Assembly: GCA_035529595.1 (NCBI GenBank)
Contig: DATKWK010000017.1
Coordinates: 250,961 to 314,960, forward strand
Length of the DNA stretch: 64,000 nt
Direction of reading: 5' to 3'
From: Candidatus Bathyarchaeia archaeon
Lineage (GTDB): Bacteria; Patescibacteriota; Microgenomatia; PFEM01; JAFGMK01
Position numbers and translations under genes: made by a program. Shown here one piece after another: positions 19,657-29,670 of this stretch (positions are counted from its first letter, which is position 1; the number at the start of each line of letters is the position of its first letter). The notes beneath the pieces are model-generated. The model was given only the letters and a program-made list of their open reading frames with translations, searched no databases and was not told where the DNA came from.

Positions 19657-19730
19657 TCGGGGCGACCGGTTCTGCCCCGGTGACCTCTCGCACCCCATGC
19701 GAGTGCTCTGCCTTTCTGAGCTACGCCCCG
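19657..19730 (-). tRNA. tRNA-Pro (anticodon GGG)-like gene with a non-canonical T-loop; no encoded CCA
   Basis: The minus strand folds as a perfect cloverleaf: acceptor CGGGGCG/CGCCCCG, U8 A9, D arm GCTC-AGAAAGGCA-GAGC, anticodon arm CTCGC-AUGGGGU-GCGAG (U33, GGG anticodon, G37), a 5-nt variable loop, and T arm ACCGG-GGCAGAA-CCGGU. The T-loop lacks TPsiC. Confidence 0.5.
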
Positions 19731-19899
19731 AAATTTTCGGCGGACAAGTGCGCCACTTTCCGACACTTTCTAATTTTATCACAAAAGTGGGTCTTGTTCT
19801 TTTCGGGTTTATTTTGGTAAGATGGAAACAATTAAACCTGATCTTTACAATAAGTTGGTTAGCTGTCTCTTTATTAAATAATTAAGCGCGGGAGGAATT

Positions 19900-20901
19900 A
19901 TGGTTCAAGATATCAAAAAACTGACAGCCGTTAGGATGGCAATGGAGCAAATTGAAAAGCAGTACGGTAAAGGAGCAATTATGAAACTGGGCGCTAAACC
20001 TGAAGTTAGAAAAGTAGATATTATCCCTACCGGCTCAATTGCCTTAGATGTTGCTTTAGGGATTGGCGGTTTACCCCGAGGCCGGGTGGCTGAGATTTAT
20101 GGTCCTGAAGCATCAGGAAAAACTACCCTGACTCTTCATGTAATTGCTGAAGCCCAAAAAAAAGGCGGGGTCGCTGCTTTTATTGATGTAGAACATGCCT
20201 TAGATCCAAGCCGGGCCGAAAGTATCGGGGTTAATTTAGATGAGCTCTTGGTCTCTCAGCCGGATACCGGTGAACAGGCTTTAGAGATAGTTGAAACTCT
20301 GGTTCGCTCCGGGGCGATCGATGTCGTCGTGATTGATTCGGTAGCCGCTCTGGTTCCGAGAGCGGAAATCGAAGGAGAGATGGGCGACGCCATGATCGGA
20401 GTTCAAGCCCGTCTTATGTCTCAAGCCTTGCGCAAACTAACTGCTTCGATTTCCAAATCCAAGACCGTTGTTATATTTACCAATCAGATTCGTCATAAAA
20501 TTGGAGTTATGTTTGGCAACCCGGAAACAACGCCTGGAGGCCTAGCGCTTAAATTTTACTCTTCAGTGATTATTGATCTTCGGAAAATCGAAAGTATCAA
20601 AGAGGGCGATATTGTTATTGGTTCGCGCCACCGGGCCCGGGTGAAAAAGAACAAACTCGCGCCTCCCTTTCGAGAGGCAGAATTCGACATTATGAATGTT
20701 GGCGGCATTTCTCGGGAAGGTGATCTGGTTGACCTTGGGCTTAATTATGATTTGTTAACCAAGTCAGGCGCCTTTTTCCGCTATGAAGATAAAGTCGTCG
20801 GTCAGGGTCGTGAAGCAACAAAACTTTTCCTAAAAGACAATCCTAAAATAGCGGGAAAATTGAAAGATGCAATCTGGAACAAAGTCAAAGAGAGTAAATA
20901 G
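19900..20901 (+). CDS. recA: recombinase RecA
   Basis: Walker [10 protein letters not shown] and the full RecA core (IDAEHALDP-like [18 protein letters not shown]). Confidence 0.95.
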   Translation: MVQDIKKLTAVRMAMEQIEKQYGKGAIMKLGAKPEVRKVDIIPTGSIALDVALGIGGLPRGRVAEIYGPEASGKTTLTLHVIAEAQKKGGVAAFIDVEHALDPSRAESIGVNLDELLVSQPDTGEQALEIVETLVRSGAIDVVVIDSVAALVPRAEIEGEMGDAMIGVQARLMSQALRKLTASISKSKTVVIFTNQIRHKIGVMFGNPETTPGGLALKFYSSVIIDLRKIESIKEGDIVIGSRHRARVKKNKLAPPFREAEFDIMNVGGISREGDLVDLGLNYDLLTKSGAFFRYEDKVVGQGREATKLFLKDNPKIAGKLKDAIWNKVKESK

Positions 20902-20992
20902 TATTTATCGGCTGGATTAGAATTCTTTGCCGTTAATAAAGGTAGTTTTACTAGCCCTTAGTTCTTCAAATAGATTTCCAAGAAATTGACTT

Positions 20993-21667
20993 ATGATCAA
21001 GATTACTCAGATTAAACCTCAAAAAGGAAAATTCCGTTTCAATATTTACCTTGACGGTAAATTTGGTTTTGCTTTATCGGCTGAGGAAGCGGTTAAATCC
21101 CGTCTTAAAGTTGGCCAGGAACTTTCGGAAAATCAGGTTGCAGACTTGTTTTTTAAGGATAAACTCCAAAACCTCTACGATCAGGCGTTGAGGTTTCTCT
21201 CCTTTCGGCCTCGATCTGAAAAGGAAATCCGAGATTATTTGAAAAAGAAAGCTTTAAATATCGAGTTTCGGGCTTTGGGTTTTGCCACAGAGAGCAACAA
21301 GATAAAAGAGGAGCTGATTAAAAAAGTAGTGATCGATTTAGGAAAACAGGGTTTAGTTGATGATTATGCTTTTGCAGGTTGGTGGTGTCGGCAGCGAGCC
21401 CAATTTCGGCCGCGAGGGAAAAAGATGGTTTTGGCGGAACTGCGTCAGAAAGGAGTCGAAGAAAAACTAGCTCGTAAAGCAGTCGATGAATTATTAGATG
21501 AGTTTTTAATCGGACAAGAATTAGTGGTCAGGAAGTTTAAAAAAAGTCATTTGTTGAGAATAGCCAATCGTCGCGAGCGGCAGAAAATAGGGGTTTATTT
21601 GAGTCGGCATGGTTTCGGTTGGCAAACTATTAGGAAGGTGATTGATTCATTTTTAAAAAAGCGGTAA
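20993..21667 (+). CDS. recX: regulatory protein RecX
   Basis: Three-helix repeat architecture with an ALRFLSFRPRSEKEIRDYL...AFAGWWCRQRAQF motif. Immediately downstream of recA. Confidence 0.8.
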   Translation: MIKITQIKPQKGKFRFNIYLDGKFGFALSAEEAVKSRLKVGQELSENQVADLFFKDKLQNLYDQALRFLSFRPRSEKEIRDYLKKKALNIEFRALGFATESNKIKEELIKKVVIDLGKQGLVDDYAFAGWWCRQRAQFRPRGKKMVLAELRQKGVEEKLARKAVDELLDEFLIGQELVVRKFKKSHLLRIANRRERQKIGVYLSRHGFGWQTIRKVIDSFLKKR

Positions 21668-21847
21668 AATTAGGTAGTTTTAATATTAGGATTAATAATA
21701 GCACTGGGCAGATTCGTCCTAAAAATAAGAAGACACTTAATCATGATTACCTCAAAAATAGCCAAGATCAGCGGTTACTCTTTTTAAGCAATCTTTAAGC
21801 GTTAGTCTTCTTTTTTTGGCCGGGAAACTGCCTAATAAGGAGGGTTT

Positions 21848-23365
21848 ATGGCTTCAATTTTTGCCAGGCTTAAGCAGGTTTTAACTGGAGAATTTAGTTC
21901 GAAAGAACCGGTTAAAGAGGAACCGATTCCTGAGCCCGTAAAGGCTAAACTCAGGAAGGTTAAAGTTACCGTTCCCAAAGTTCAAATAGAAGAGCTTATC
22001 GATCAGGCTAAGAAAGAGGCGGCGCGAATTAAGTCTGAGGCTGAAACAAGTGCAGCTAAAATGGGGCAAGAAGCAGAAGAATTAAGAAAGCAGGTTATAC
22101 TTCAGGAAGCGGAAATGGGACGCAAGCGGGGTATTTTAGAAGAGAGAGAGAGAATTATTGAGGAACGCCGAAAGGAAGTCGAAAGAAGACTGGAAGAGAT
22201 CGAAAAGCTCAAGAGAGAACAGGTGGCTAGGTTTGAGAAGATCGCCGGCCTGACTCGGGAAGAGGCCAAGAAAATCATTGTCGATAAGACAGAAAAGAAG
22301 TTAGCGGAGGAGATTTCAGTTCGGGTTCAAGAGGCAGAAGAAGAAATTAAGGCACGATCTGAAGAAAAAGCAAAAGAGGTTTTAGTTGAGGCGATGCAGC
22401 GAGGTGCGACTGACTGGGTAGTAGAGTATACGGTCTCTACCCTAAGACTGGCTGATGAGGAGATAAAAGGAAGAATAATTGGCCGTGAAGGTCGGAATAT
22501 TCGTGCTTTCGAACAGGCTACCGGTGTTGAGATTGAGCTGGATGAAACTAGCGATGTCTATATTTCTTCTTTTAATCCGATTAGGCGCGAAATTGCCCGT
22601 CGGGCCTTAGAAATACTGGTTAAAGATCGACGCATTCGCCCCTCCAGAATCGAAGAGGTAGTGACACGGACCAAGGGGGAGGTGGAACATCTTCTTATAG
22701 AACAAGGTAAAGAACTTTGTCGTCGGGCCGGTGTTTACCGGCTCCATCCTGATTTAATGAAGCTTTTAGGAAGGTATAAATTCAGGTTTTCTTTTGGACA
22801 GAATTTACTAGTCCATACCCTCGAAGTAACTAAAATTGGAGTTGCTCTCGCTAATGAACTCAAGGCTAATGTTAATGTTATCCGTTTGGCTTGTCTCCTC
22901 CATGATATTGGTAAAGTCGTTACTGAGGAAGAGGGAACCCATGTTAATTTGGGGGTTGATTTAGCTAAACGATATCATTTACCACCGGAAGTGATCTCTT
23001 GCATCGAAGAACATCATGAAGATAAGCCATTTTCTTCGGCTGAATCGCGGATCGTATGGGTTGCTGATGCCGTTTCTGGAGCCCGGCCCGGTGCGCGTTA
23101 CGAGCCCCACGAGGAGTATCTTAAAAGGATGACTGAAATCGAGGAAACCGCCTCTAATATAGAAGGGGTAGAAGCAGCCTATGCTTATCAAGCAGGCCGT
23201 GAGGTGCGAGTCCTGGTTAAGCCCGAGGCGGTTTCCGATAAAGAGCTGCCTCTGTTGGCTCATAGAATTAGTCAAGAATTAGAAAAGAAAGTCGCTTACG
23301 TGGGTCAAATTAAAGTAACTTGCATCCGTGAGTCGCGGACCACTGAAACCACGAAGGCAAAATAA
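21848..23365 (+). CDS. rny: ribonuclease Y (KH + HD domains; no N-terminal TM helix)
   Basis: Coiled-coil N-terminus, KH domain (IIGREGRNIRAFE) and HD domain (LLHDIGK...EHHED). Confidence 0.9.
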   Translation: MASIFARLKQVLTGEFSSKEPVKEEPIPEPVKAKLRKVKVTVPKVQIEELIDQAKKEAARIKSEAETSAAKMGQEAEELRKQVILQEAEMGRKRGILEERERIIEERRKEVERRLEEIEKLKREQVARFEKIAGLTREEAKKIIVDKTEKKLAEEISVRVQEAEEEIKARSEEKAKEVLVEAMQRGATDWVVEYTVSTLRLADEEIKGRIIGREGRNIRAFEQATGVEIELDETSDVYISSFNPIRREIARRALEILVKDRRIRPSRIEEVVTRTKGEVEHLLIEQGKELCRRAGVYRLHPDLMKLLGRYKFRFSFGQNLLVHTLEVTKIGVALANELKANVNVIRLACLLHDIGKVVTEEEGTHVNLGVDLAKRYHLPPEVISCIEEHHEDKPFSSAESRIVWVADAVSGARPGARYEPHEEYLKRMTEIEETASNIEGVEAAYAYQAGREVRVLVKPEAVSDKELPLLAHRISQELEKKVAYVGQIKVTCIRESRTTETTKAK

Positions 23366-23471
23366 ATGTTATTAATTTTTGCCTATTTATCTTGACAAAT
23401 TAGTTATTCAGTGTTAGTTTAAAAGGAAAAGCGACTATTTATCAATCACCCTGCCCGGAAAGGATGGTCCC

Positions 23472-23744
23472 ATGATTAAGAGGGAGCTAGTTGATATAAT
23501 AGCCAAGAAATCTCATTTAACCAAGAAGGGATCTCAGGAAGCAGTTGATGCCTTCTTGAATGAAGTTATCAAGGCGCTGAAAAAGGGAGAAAAAGTGCTT
23601 CTTTCCGGTTTTGGAACCTTCAAAGTTGTTAGTGTGAAGGATAAATCCGTATTGGTGCCAGGAACCGGCGAGAAAAAAGTCGTTAAAGCCCACCGGGCGC
23701 CGCGTTTTGTCGCCGGAAAACCCCTTAAACAGGCGGTTCGGTAA
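23472..23744 (+). CDS. hup: HU/IHF-family DNA-binding protein
   Basis: 90 aa with the GFGTFKV...R-P-R beta-arm signature. Confidence 0.9.
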   Translation: MIKRELVDIIAKKSHLTKKGSQEAVDAFLNEVIKALKKGEKVLLSGFGTFKVVSVKDKSVLVPGTGEKKVVKAHRAPRFVAGKPLKQAVR

Positions 23745-23809
23745 AGCTTAATGTTACTTCTTTATCCGATCAATTAGATTTCGTCGTTGGTCTCGCTCGG
23801 CTTTTCCCC

Positions 23810-24625
23810 TTGGTTTATAATCAATTTATGAAAAAGTATTGGGCTTTTTGTCGAGTCAGTGTTCAGAACGCTTTTGTCTATCGTGGACCGATGTTAATTT
23901 GGTTGGTTAGTAACCTTCTTTCCTTGGTAACGATTATTGCGGTTTGGTTTTCTATCTCCGGAAATGAAATTCTTGGCGGTTATACCAAGCCGGAGCTGAT
24001 TACTTATTATGTTGTTGCTCTTTTCTTGGACTGGTTAACGTTGTGGCTGCCCTTTTATGAAATCACAGATCAAATTCAGAACGGAGAAATTATCTTGACG
24101 GTTTTAGCCAAGCCAATTTCTCTTTATTGGCAGAAGTTTAGCCAGGAATTAGGCTGGCATTTAGTCTCGTTGCTGGTTGGCCTGATTTCCACCTCGATAG
24201 TTGCCGTTTTTCTTCGGCAATATCTTTTTTTTCAGTTCTCGCCCGTTAATTTATTTTTGGTTTTATTAACCATAATTCTGGCCATTTTCATTATCTATAC
24301 CTTAAGCCTTAGTCTTGGATTGTTATCTTTTTGGTTTACCGAGGTTTATGCGATTGACAGTTTGTTCTGGGCTGCTAGGACGATTCTTTCCGGCCGGGTG
24401 ATTCCCTTAAGCTTTATTCCTGCCGGTTTAGGCCAGACAGTTGTCAAAATTTTACCTTTTCGGTACATGTTCTCTTTTCCTTTGGAGATCTACTTCAATA
24501 AATTATCGGTTTTTGAAATTTTTCAGGGATTAGTAATTCAATTATTCTGGTTAGGAATTTTACTTTTTATTTATAAAATAACTTGGTCCCGCGGCCGGCG
24601 GGCTTATACCAGTTTCGGACAATAA
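23810..24625 (+). CDS. ABC-2 family transporter permease, type A (C-terminus ...YTSFGQ)
   Basis: 271 aa, 6 TM, in the COG4587/COG3694-like uncharacterised ABC-2 permease family. First of three A-B pairs. Confidence 0.65.
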   Translation: MVYNQFMKKYWAFCRVSVQNAFVYRGPMLIWLVSNLLSLVTIIAVWFSISGNEILGGYTKPELITYYVVALFLDWLTLWLPFYEITDQIQNGEIILTVLAKPISLYWQKFSQELGWHLVSLLVGLISTSIVAVFLRQYLFFQFSPVNLFLVLLTIILAIFIIYTLSLSLGLLSFWFTEVYAIDSLFWAARTILSGRVIPLSFIPAGLGQTVVKILPFRYMFSFPLEIYFNKLSVFEIFQGLVIQLFWLGILLFIYKITWSRGRRAYTSFGQ

Positions 24626-24627
24626 AG

Positions 24628-25416
24628 ATGAAGCGCTATTTTTCGCTGTATTTTCATTTTTTTACCAACTGCCTGATGAGAGATCTGGAGTTTCGATTTA
24701 ATGTTTTAACTTGGGCATTAATGAATTTCTTATGGTTTGGTTTGATATTTTACTCAATCGAGCTGATCTTTGGCCAAGTTGAAAAGATTGTCGGTTGGAC
24801 TAAAGGGGAGGTTCTGCTTCTGGTATGTGTTCAGGCTTTGTTTTTCGATTTTTTTAATACCTTTGTGATGGCAAATTTGAGGCGGTTTTCCCGGCTTGTT
24901 CGCCAGGGCGAACTAGATTTTGCCCTATTGAAGCCGATCAACTCCCGGTTTCTGGTTTCGGCTCGCTATTTTGAATTTGATCATTATCCGAGAATGGTTT
25001 TTCTAATGTTCCTGATAGCCAGGTATTTGGCCGATTTTCAGATTCGGCTTTCTTTGATAAATTGGTTTAATTTTTTTCTGCTTTTTTTCTCGGGAATTTT
25101 TATTTTCTATAATCTGTTTTTTATTTTTGCCACCACTAATATTTGGTTTATCAGGATTTTTAATCTAAGCGATTTGTTTACCGAGACGATCGAGGTTGGT
25201 CGGTTTCCTGTCTATATTTTTAAAACCGGAGCCAGATTCTTTTTTACCTACATTATTCCGGCTGCCTTTGTGGCCACTTTTCCGGTTGAGGTACTCTTGA
25301 AAAGAGCCGGCTTTGAGAAACTGCCGGTTGCTTTGGTGATTTGCTTGGTGATGTTTATCGTTTCCCAAAAGTTTTGGCAGTTTGCTCTTAAGCATTATCA
25401 ATCAGCCAGTTCCTAA
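24628..25416 (+). CDS. ABC-2 family transporter permease, type B (C-terminus ...HYQSASS)
   Basis: Paralog partner of the preceding gene. Start chosen at MKRYFSLYF, just after the upstream stop. Confidence 0.65.
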   Translation: MKRYFSLYFHFFTNCLMRDLEFRFNVLTWALMNFLWFGLIFYSIELIFGQVEKIVGWTKGEVLLLVCVQALFFDFFNTFVMANLRRFSRLVRQGELDFALLKPINSRFLVSARYFEFDHYPRMVFLMFLIARYLADFQIRLSLINWFNFFLLFFSGIFIFYNLFFIFATTNIWFIRIFNLSDLFTETIEVGRFPVYIFKTGARFFFTYIIPAAFVATFPVEVLLKRAGFEKLPVALVICLVMFIVSQKFWQFALKHYQSASS

Positions 25417-25422
25417 AAACCG

Positions 25423-26214
25423 ATGAAAAAATATTGGGCGATTTTCAAAATCTCTTGGCAAAGGAGTCTTGAGTATCGGGCTGAATTTTTAGCCCACATG
25501 ATGCGGAACGTGGTTTATTTAGTGGTTTTGATTTTTATTTGGGGGGCAGTTTTTAATCAAGTCGAAAGCTTTGGTGGCTACACCCTTCCTTCAATGGTCA
25601 CTTATTTAGTGATGGTCAGAGTGATTCATTTTGCCAATCGGGGCAATACCGGCCGAGCGATTGGGGAAGAAATTAAAAACGGCCAGCTTTCCCGCTATCT
25701 GGTCAAGCCGGTCAGTTATCTCAAATATTGGTTTTCTTTGTTTGGAGCTGACCGACTCTTTGATGGCTTAATGAGGTTGTTTTTTTTAGTCATTGCCTTA
25801 ATTGTTGTTCCTTATGTCTTTGAAATCACTTCAGTCAAAACTGTTTTGCTGTTTCTTTTATTCTTACCTTTTTCTTTAGCCCTTAACTTTCTAGTCAATA
25901 TTTTTATGGCCAGCTTCTCTTTTTGGGTGACGGATATCCGCTTGTTTGAAACCGTGGTTAGTTTAACTATTGGTTTTTTTGCCGGCGAGTTAATGCCCTT
26001 GGATATTTTGCCTGGCTTTTTGAAACAAGCGGCTCTTTTTTTGCCTTTTCAGTACGTCCTTTACTTTCCGGTTAAGATTTACCAGGGGACTTTGTCGAAT
26101 TGGGAAATGACCAGGGGATTTTTGTTAGTCTTTTTCTGGTTACTTTTAGGTTATTGGGTTCTAAAACGCTTTTGGCAGAAAGGATTAAAAAGATATGAAG
26201 CGGTGGGTCAATAG
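25423..26214 (+). CDS. ABC-2 family transporter permease, type A (C-terminus ...RYEAVGQ)
   Basis: Paralog of 23810-24625. Confidence 0.65.
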   Translation: MKKYWAIFKISWQRSLEYRAEFLAHMMRNVVYLVVLIFIWGAVFNQVESFGGYTLPSMVTYLVMVRVIHFANRGNTGRAIGEEIKNGQLSRYLVKPVSYLKYWFSLFGADRLFDGLMRLFFLVIALIVVPYVFEITSVKTVLLFLLFLPFSLALNFLVNIFMASFSFWVTDIRLFETVVSLTIGFFAGELMPLDILPGFLKQAALFLPFQYVLYFPVKIYQGTLSNWEMTRGFLLVFFWLLLGYWVLKRFWQKGLKRYEAVGQ

Positions 26215-27004
26215 ACTGAAGCGCTATTTTCGGATTTACCATCTCTTTGTTAAGTTTAGCTTGATTGACCTCTTCATTTTTAGAATTAATGCCATGGTTA
26301 TGGGGTTGGCACCGATTATCTGGCTGGCGACGATGATCGTTTTTTTGCTGACTATCTTTTCTCGGGTCAATAATTTGGGCGGCTGGACTTTTTGGGAAAT
26401 TGTTTTTTTAACCGGTGTTCAGGAGGTTGTTTTTCTTTTGTCTTGGTCAACCTTTATTCAAAACCTAAGAACTTTTGTCGACGATATTCGTTGGGGTCGG
26501 TTTGATTATCAACTTTTGAAACCGTTGAGCCCCCGTTTTACCGCCTCTTTTAAGTTAATTGATTTTACTAGTTGGGGCAGTTTGGCTAATTCTCTTTTTG
26601 TTTTTGTTTTTGCCTTTTTAAAAATTACTAATCGGATTGTCTTTCCGAGACTTCTGGCTTTTTTTGCCTTTTTGCTAATTGGTTACTGGATCGCCTATTT
26701 TCTCTATTTTATTTTTGCCTCTTTGGCTCTGTTTTTTATTGATTCTCGAGCTTTTATGGACCTGGTTTTTGATACTACTGATTTTAGTCGTTATCCAGCC
26801 GAGATTTACGCTCCCTCGGTTCGGATTTTTCTGACTTTCTTTTTGCCGATCTTGTTTTTTGCTTATTTTCCGACGGCTTTTCTTTTGGGGAAAATTAGTT
26901 GGTTTTACCTGTTTTTGGGAGCGGCGATTCTTTTAATTCTATATTTTGTTTCTGATTTGGTTTGGCAGAGGGGTTTGAGGCACTACCAATCAGCCAGTTC
27001 TTAA
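26195..27004 (+). CDS. ABC-2 family transporter permease, type B (C-terminus ...HYQSASS)
   Basis: Paralog of 24628-25416. 20-nt overlap with the upstream gene. Confidence 0.65.
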   Translation: MKRWVNRLKRYFRIYHLFVKFSLIDLFIFRINAMVMGLAPIIWLATMIVFLLTIFSRVNNLGGWTFWEIVFLTGVQEVVFLLSWSTFIQNLRTFVDDIRWGRFDYQLLKPLSPRFTASFKLIDFTSWGSLANSLFVFVFAFLKITNRIVFPRLLAFFAFLLIGYWIAYFLYFIFASLALFFIDSRAFMDLVFDTTDFSRYPAEIYAPSVRIFLTFFLPILFFAYFPTAFLLGKISWFYLFLGAAILLILYFVSDLVWQRGLRHYQSASS

Positions 27005-27028
27005 ACTATAATCACTAGGGGAGATGAA

Positions 27029-28012
27029 ATGTCGATCATTCAAGTAAAAAATCTTAGGAAATACTACAAGGTCCATCAAAAAGAACCCGGTCTTCTGGGG
27101 TCTCTTAAATCTTTATTCAAGAGGAAGTACAAAACTGTTAAAGCGGTTGATAATGTCTCCTTTTCTATTGACGAAGGGGAATTGGTCGGCTTCATCGGTC
27201 CCAACGGCGCCGGCAAAACCACGACTTTAAAGTGCCTCTCCGGATTGCTTTATCCGGACGGTGGTAAGGTTGATGTTCTGGGATTTAACCCCTGGGATCG
27301 AAAGCCTGAGTTCCAAAAGCAATTCTCGTTGGTTATGGGCCAGAAAAATCAGCTTTGGTGGGACTTGCCGCCGATTGAAACTTTCATCCTAAATCGGGAA
27401 ATTTATGAGGTACCCAAGAAAAAATACGACGAAGTTCTTTCCGAATTAACCAAACTCCTGGAAGTTGAAGAGGTTTTGCGGGTTCAGACCCGTAAACTTT
27501 CCCTCGGTCAACGGATGAAATGCGAACTGATTGCCGCTCTGATCCATTCGCCTAAAGTCTTATTTTTGGATGAGCCGACCATTGGTCTGGATGTGGTGAT
27601 GCAAAAAAAGATGCGCGATTTTATCAAGGAATATAACCAGCGGTATAAATCGACTATCATTCTAACTTCTCATTACATGGGCGATGTTAAAGAGCTTTGT
27701 GAAAGAGTGGTTATTATCGATAAAGGAAAATTAGTTTTTGACGGTAAATTGGCAGAAATAATCCAAAAATATGCTGATCATAAGGTTCTTTCGGTCGTTT
27801 TCGCCAAAGAAATCGACCCAAAAAAATTATCAGAGATCGGCGAAATAAAACAATATCAGTTTCCCAAAGCGATTCTTTCAGTGGAAAGAGCGACGGCACC
27901 CATGGCGGCCGCCGAACTGCTGCGCCAGTTTCCGGTCGCCGACCTGACGCTAGAAGAAGAAAAGATTGAAGATATCATCCGGGAACTGTTTACCGGCAAG
28001 GATTATGCCTAG
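27029..28012 (+). CDS. ABC transporter ATP-binding protein (COG4586-like)
   Basis: Walker A GPNGAGKTT, signature LSLGQRMK, Walker B LFLDEPTIGLD, H-loop SHYM. C-terminal extension of about 80 aa. Confidence 0.9.
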   Translation: MSIIQVKNLRKYYKVHQKEPGLLGSLKSLFKRKYKTVKAVDNVSFSIDEGELVGFIGPNGAGKTTTLKCLSGLLYPDGGKVDVLGFNPWDRKPEFQKQFSLVMGQKNQLWWDLPPIETFILNREIYEVPKKKYDEVLSELTKLLEVEEVLRVQTRKLSLGQRMKCELIAALIHSPKVLFLDEPTIGLDVVMQKKMRDFIKEYNQRYKSTIILTSHYMGDVKELCERVVIIDKGKLVFDGKLAEIIQKYADHKVLSVVFAKEIDPKKLSEIGEIKQYQFPKAILSVERATAPMAAAELLRQFPVADLTLEEEKIEDIIRELFTGKDYA

Positions 28013-28026
28013 TAATTTAGAATAGA

Positions 28027-28827
28027 GTGATGAGAAAATACTTCTTTTTTGGCAAAACCGTTTTTCAGGAATATCTCACCTATCGCCTGAGTTTTGTCCT
28101 TTGGCGATTTAGAAACCTGATTAGCTTTTTAGCCTTGATATTCTTATGGTTGGCACTTTACGCCGGCCGGACGGAACTTTTAGGCTACCGGAAAGAACAG
28201 ATATTAACTTATGTCATTGGGGTTGCCTTTTTAAGGGGTGTTGTTTTGGCTTCCCGGACAGCCGATTTGGCCGGCCGGATAAATTCCGGAGAACTGGTAA
28301 AAGATCTGCTTAAACCAATCGGAATTATGAAGATTTACTTTACGCGTGATTTAGTGGATAAATTGCTTAACCTGACTTTTTCCTTTTTCGAAATTGCGCT
28401 TGTCCTCCGGTTTTTTAAATTTTCTCTCTATCTGCCCAAAAGTCAGCTTACTTTTGTTGCTTTTTTAGTTGCATCGTTTATCTCGATTATTCTTTATTTT
28501 CTGATCAGTTTCTGGTTGTCGCTGCTTTCCTTTTGGGTTGACCAGCCGTGGGCGCCGCGCTGGCTGTTTGGGATTATTTTTCTGGAGTTTTTCTCAGGCG
28601 GTATTTTCCCTCTTGATGTCTTGCCGGCTGTTTATGTAAAAATCGCCTCCCTGACCCCTTTTCCTTATCTGATTTTCTTTCCGCTTAAAATCTGGCTTGG
28701 CCAGATTGATCCGAGGCAACAGCTTAAATTAATCATGATCTCTCTATTTTGGGTGATTTCTTTCTGGGTTATCCTTAAAAAAACCTGGATTAAAGGGATA
28801 AAAACCTATACTGCTTATGGTGGATGA
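28027..28827 (+). CDS. ABC-2 family transporter permease, type A (C-terminus ...TYTAYGG)
   Basis: Third type-A paralog. Confidence 0.65.
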   Translation: MMRKYFFFGKTVFQEYLTYRLSFVLWRFRNLISFLALIFLWLALYAGRTELLGYRKEQILTYVIGVAFLRGVVLASRTADLAGRINSGELVKDLLKPIGIMKIYFTRDLVDKLLNLTFSFFEIALVLRFFKFSLYLPKSQLTFVAFLVASFISIILYFLISFWLSLLSFWVDQPWAPRWLFGIIFLEFFSGGIFPLDVLPAVYVKIASLTPFPYLIFFPLKIWLGQIDPRQQLKLIMISLFWVISFWVILKKTWIKGIKTYTAYGG

Positions 28828-28851
28828 TTTACTGTTTGGGCGCTTTTTTAA

Positions 28852-29646
28852 ATGAAAAACGCTAAAAAATTTTTAAAAGTTTGGTTATTGATGGCTAAAA
28901 TGTCGGCCCAGGATCAATTAACCAGTAACTGGGGTGGATTTATTTTTTTGATCGGTAAAATTGTCCGTTTTTTCTTCTTTTCCCTTTTTCTTTTCTCCGT
29001 TCTCGCTGCTTCCGAGACGCTTGCCGGTTATACCCGTGAGCAAGTAATCCTATTTTTTTTAGTTTTTAATCTGGTTGATATTACCTGCCAATTTCTTTTT
29101 CGCGGGGTTTATGTTTTCCGCTGGCGGATCGTCAGCGGTGATTTTGATTTAGATTTAGTAAAACCGCTGCCGTCTTTTTTCAGGCCTCTTTTTGCCTGGA
29201 CGGACTTTTTCGATTTTGTGACCCTCTTTCCCCTTATCGGATTTACAGTCTGGTATCTGATTGCCTACCAGTTAACCTTTTCCTGGTTAGACCTGTTGCT
29301 GTTTTCCCTTCTTTTTTTTAATTCTCTGATTGTCGGTTTTGCAGTTCACCTATTTGTCAGTTCAATCGGTGTCATTACTACCGAAGTTGATCATTTGGTT
29401 TGGATTTGGCGGGACCTTTTTAATTTAGCCCGCTTTCCGACTGACATTTATTCACCCGGCTTGAGGCTGCTGCTGACTCTAATATTTCCAGTCGTGATTG
29501 TCGTAACCGTACCGGCTAAAGCTTTAATGGGCTTGTCAAGCTGGCCAATCATATTTGGATCATGCGGATTCGGTTTTTTAATCTTAGTTTTATCGCTTAA
29601 GTTTTGGCGCTATGCGCTGAAGCGTTATAGCAGCGCTTCAAGTTAG
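28852..29646 (+). CDS. ABC-2 family transporter permease, type B (C-terminus ...RYSSASS)
   Basis: Third type-B paralog. Confidence 0.65.
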   Translation: MKNAKKFLKVWLLMAKMSAQDQLTSNWGGFIFLIGKIVRFFFFSLFLFSVLAASETLAGYTREQVILFFLVFNLVDITCQFLFRGVYVFRWRIVSGDFDLDLVKPLPSFFRPLFAWTDFFDFVTLFPLIGFTVWYLIAYQLTFSWLDLLLFSLLFFNSLIVGFAVHLFVSSIGVITTEVDHLVWIWRDLFNLARFPTDIYSPGLRLLLTLIFPVVIVVTVPAKALMGLSSWPIIFGSCGFGFLILVLSLKFWRYALKRYSSASS

Positions 29647-29670
29647 AAAAATAAACAAAAGGAGGTTTCT

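Noticed and set aside
19657-19730. Alternative plus-strand reading of the tRNA-like hairpin set as tRNA-Gly(CCC)
   Set aside because: The plus orientation gives no U8, a C33 instead of U33, and no consistent D or T arms. The minus orientation gives a complete cloverleaf.
23810-29646. Possibility that the six permease genes are a tandem-duplication assembly artefact
   Set aside because: The six sequences are clearly divergent (different lengths and termini, with only family-level similarity). They are not near-identical repeats.
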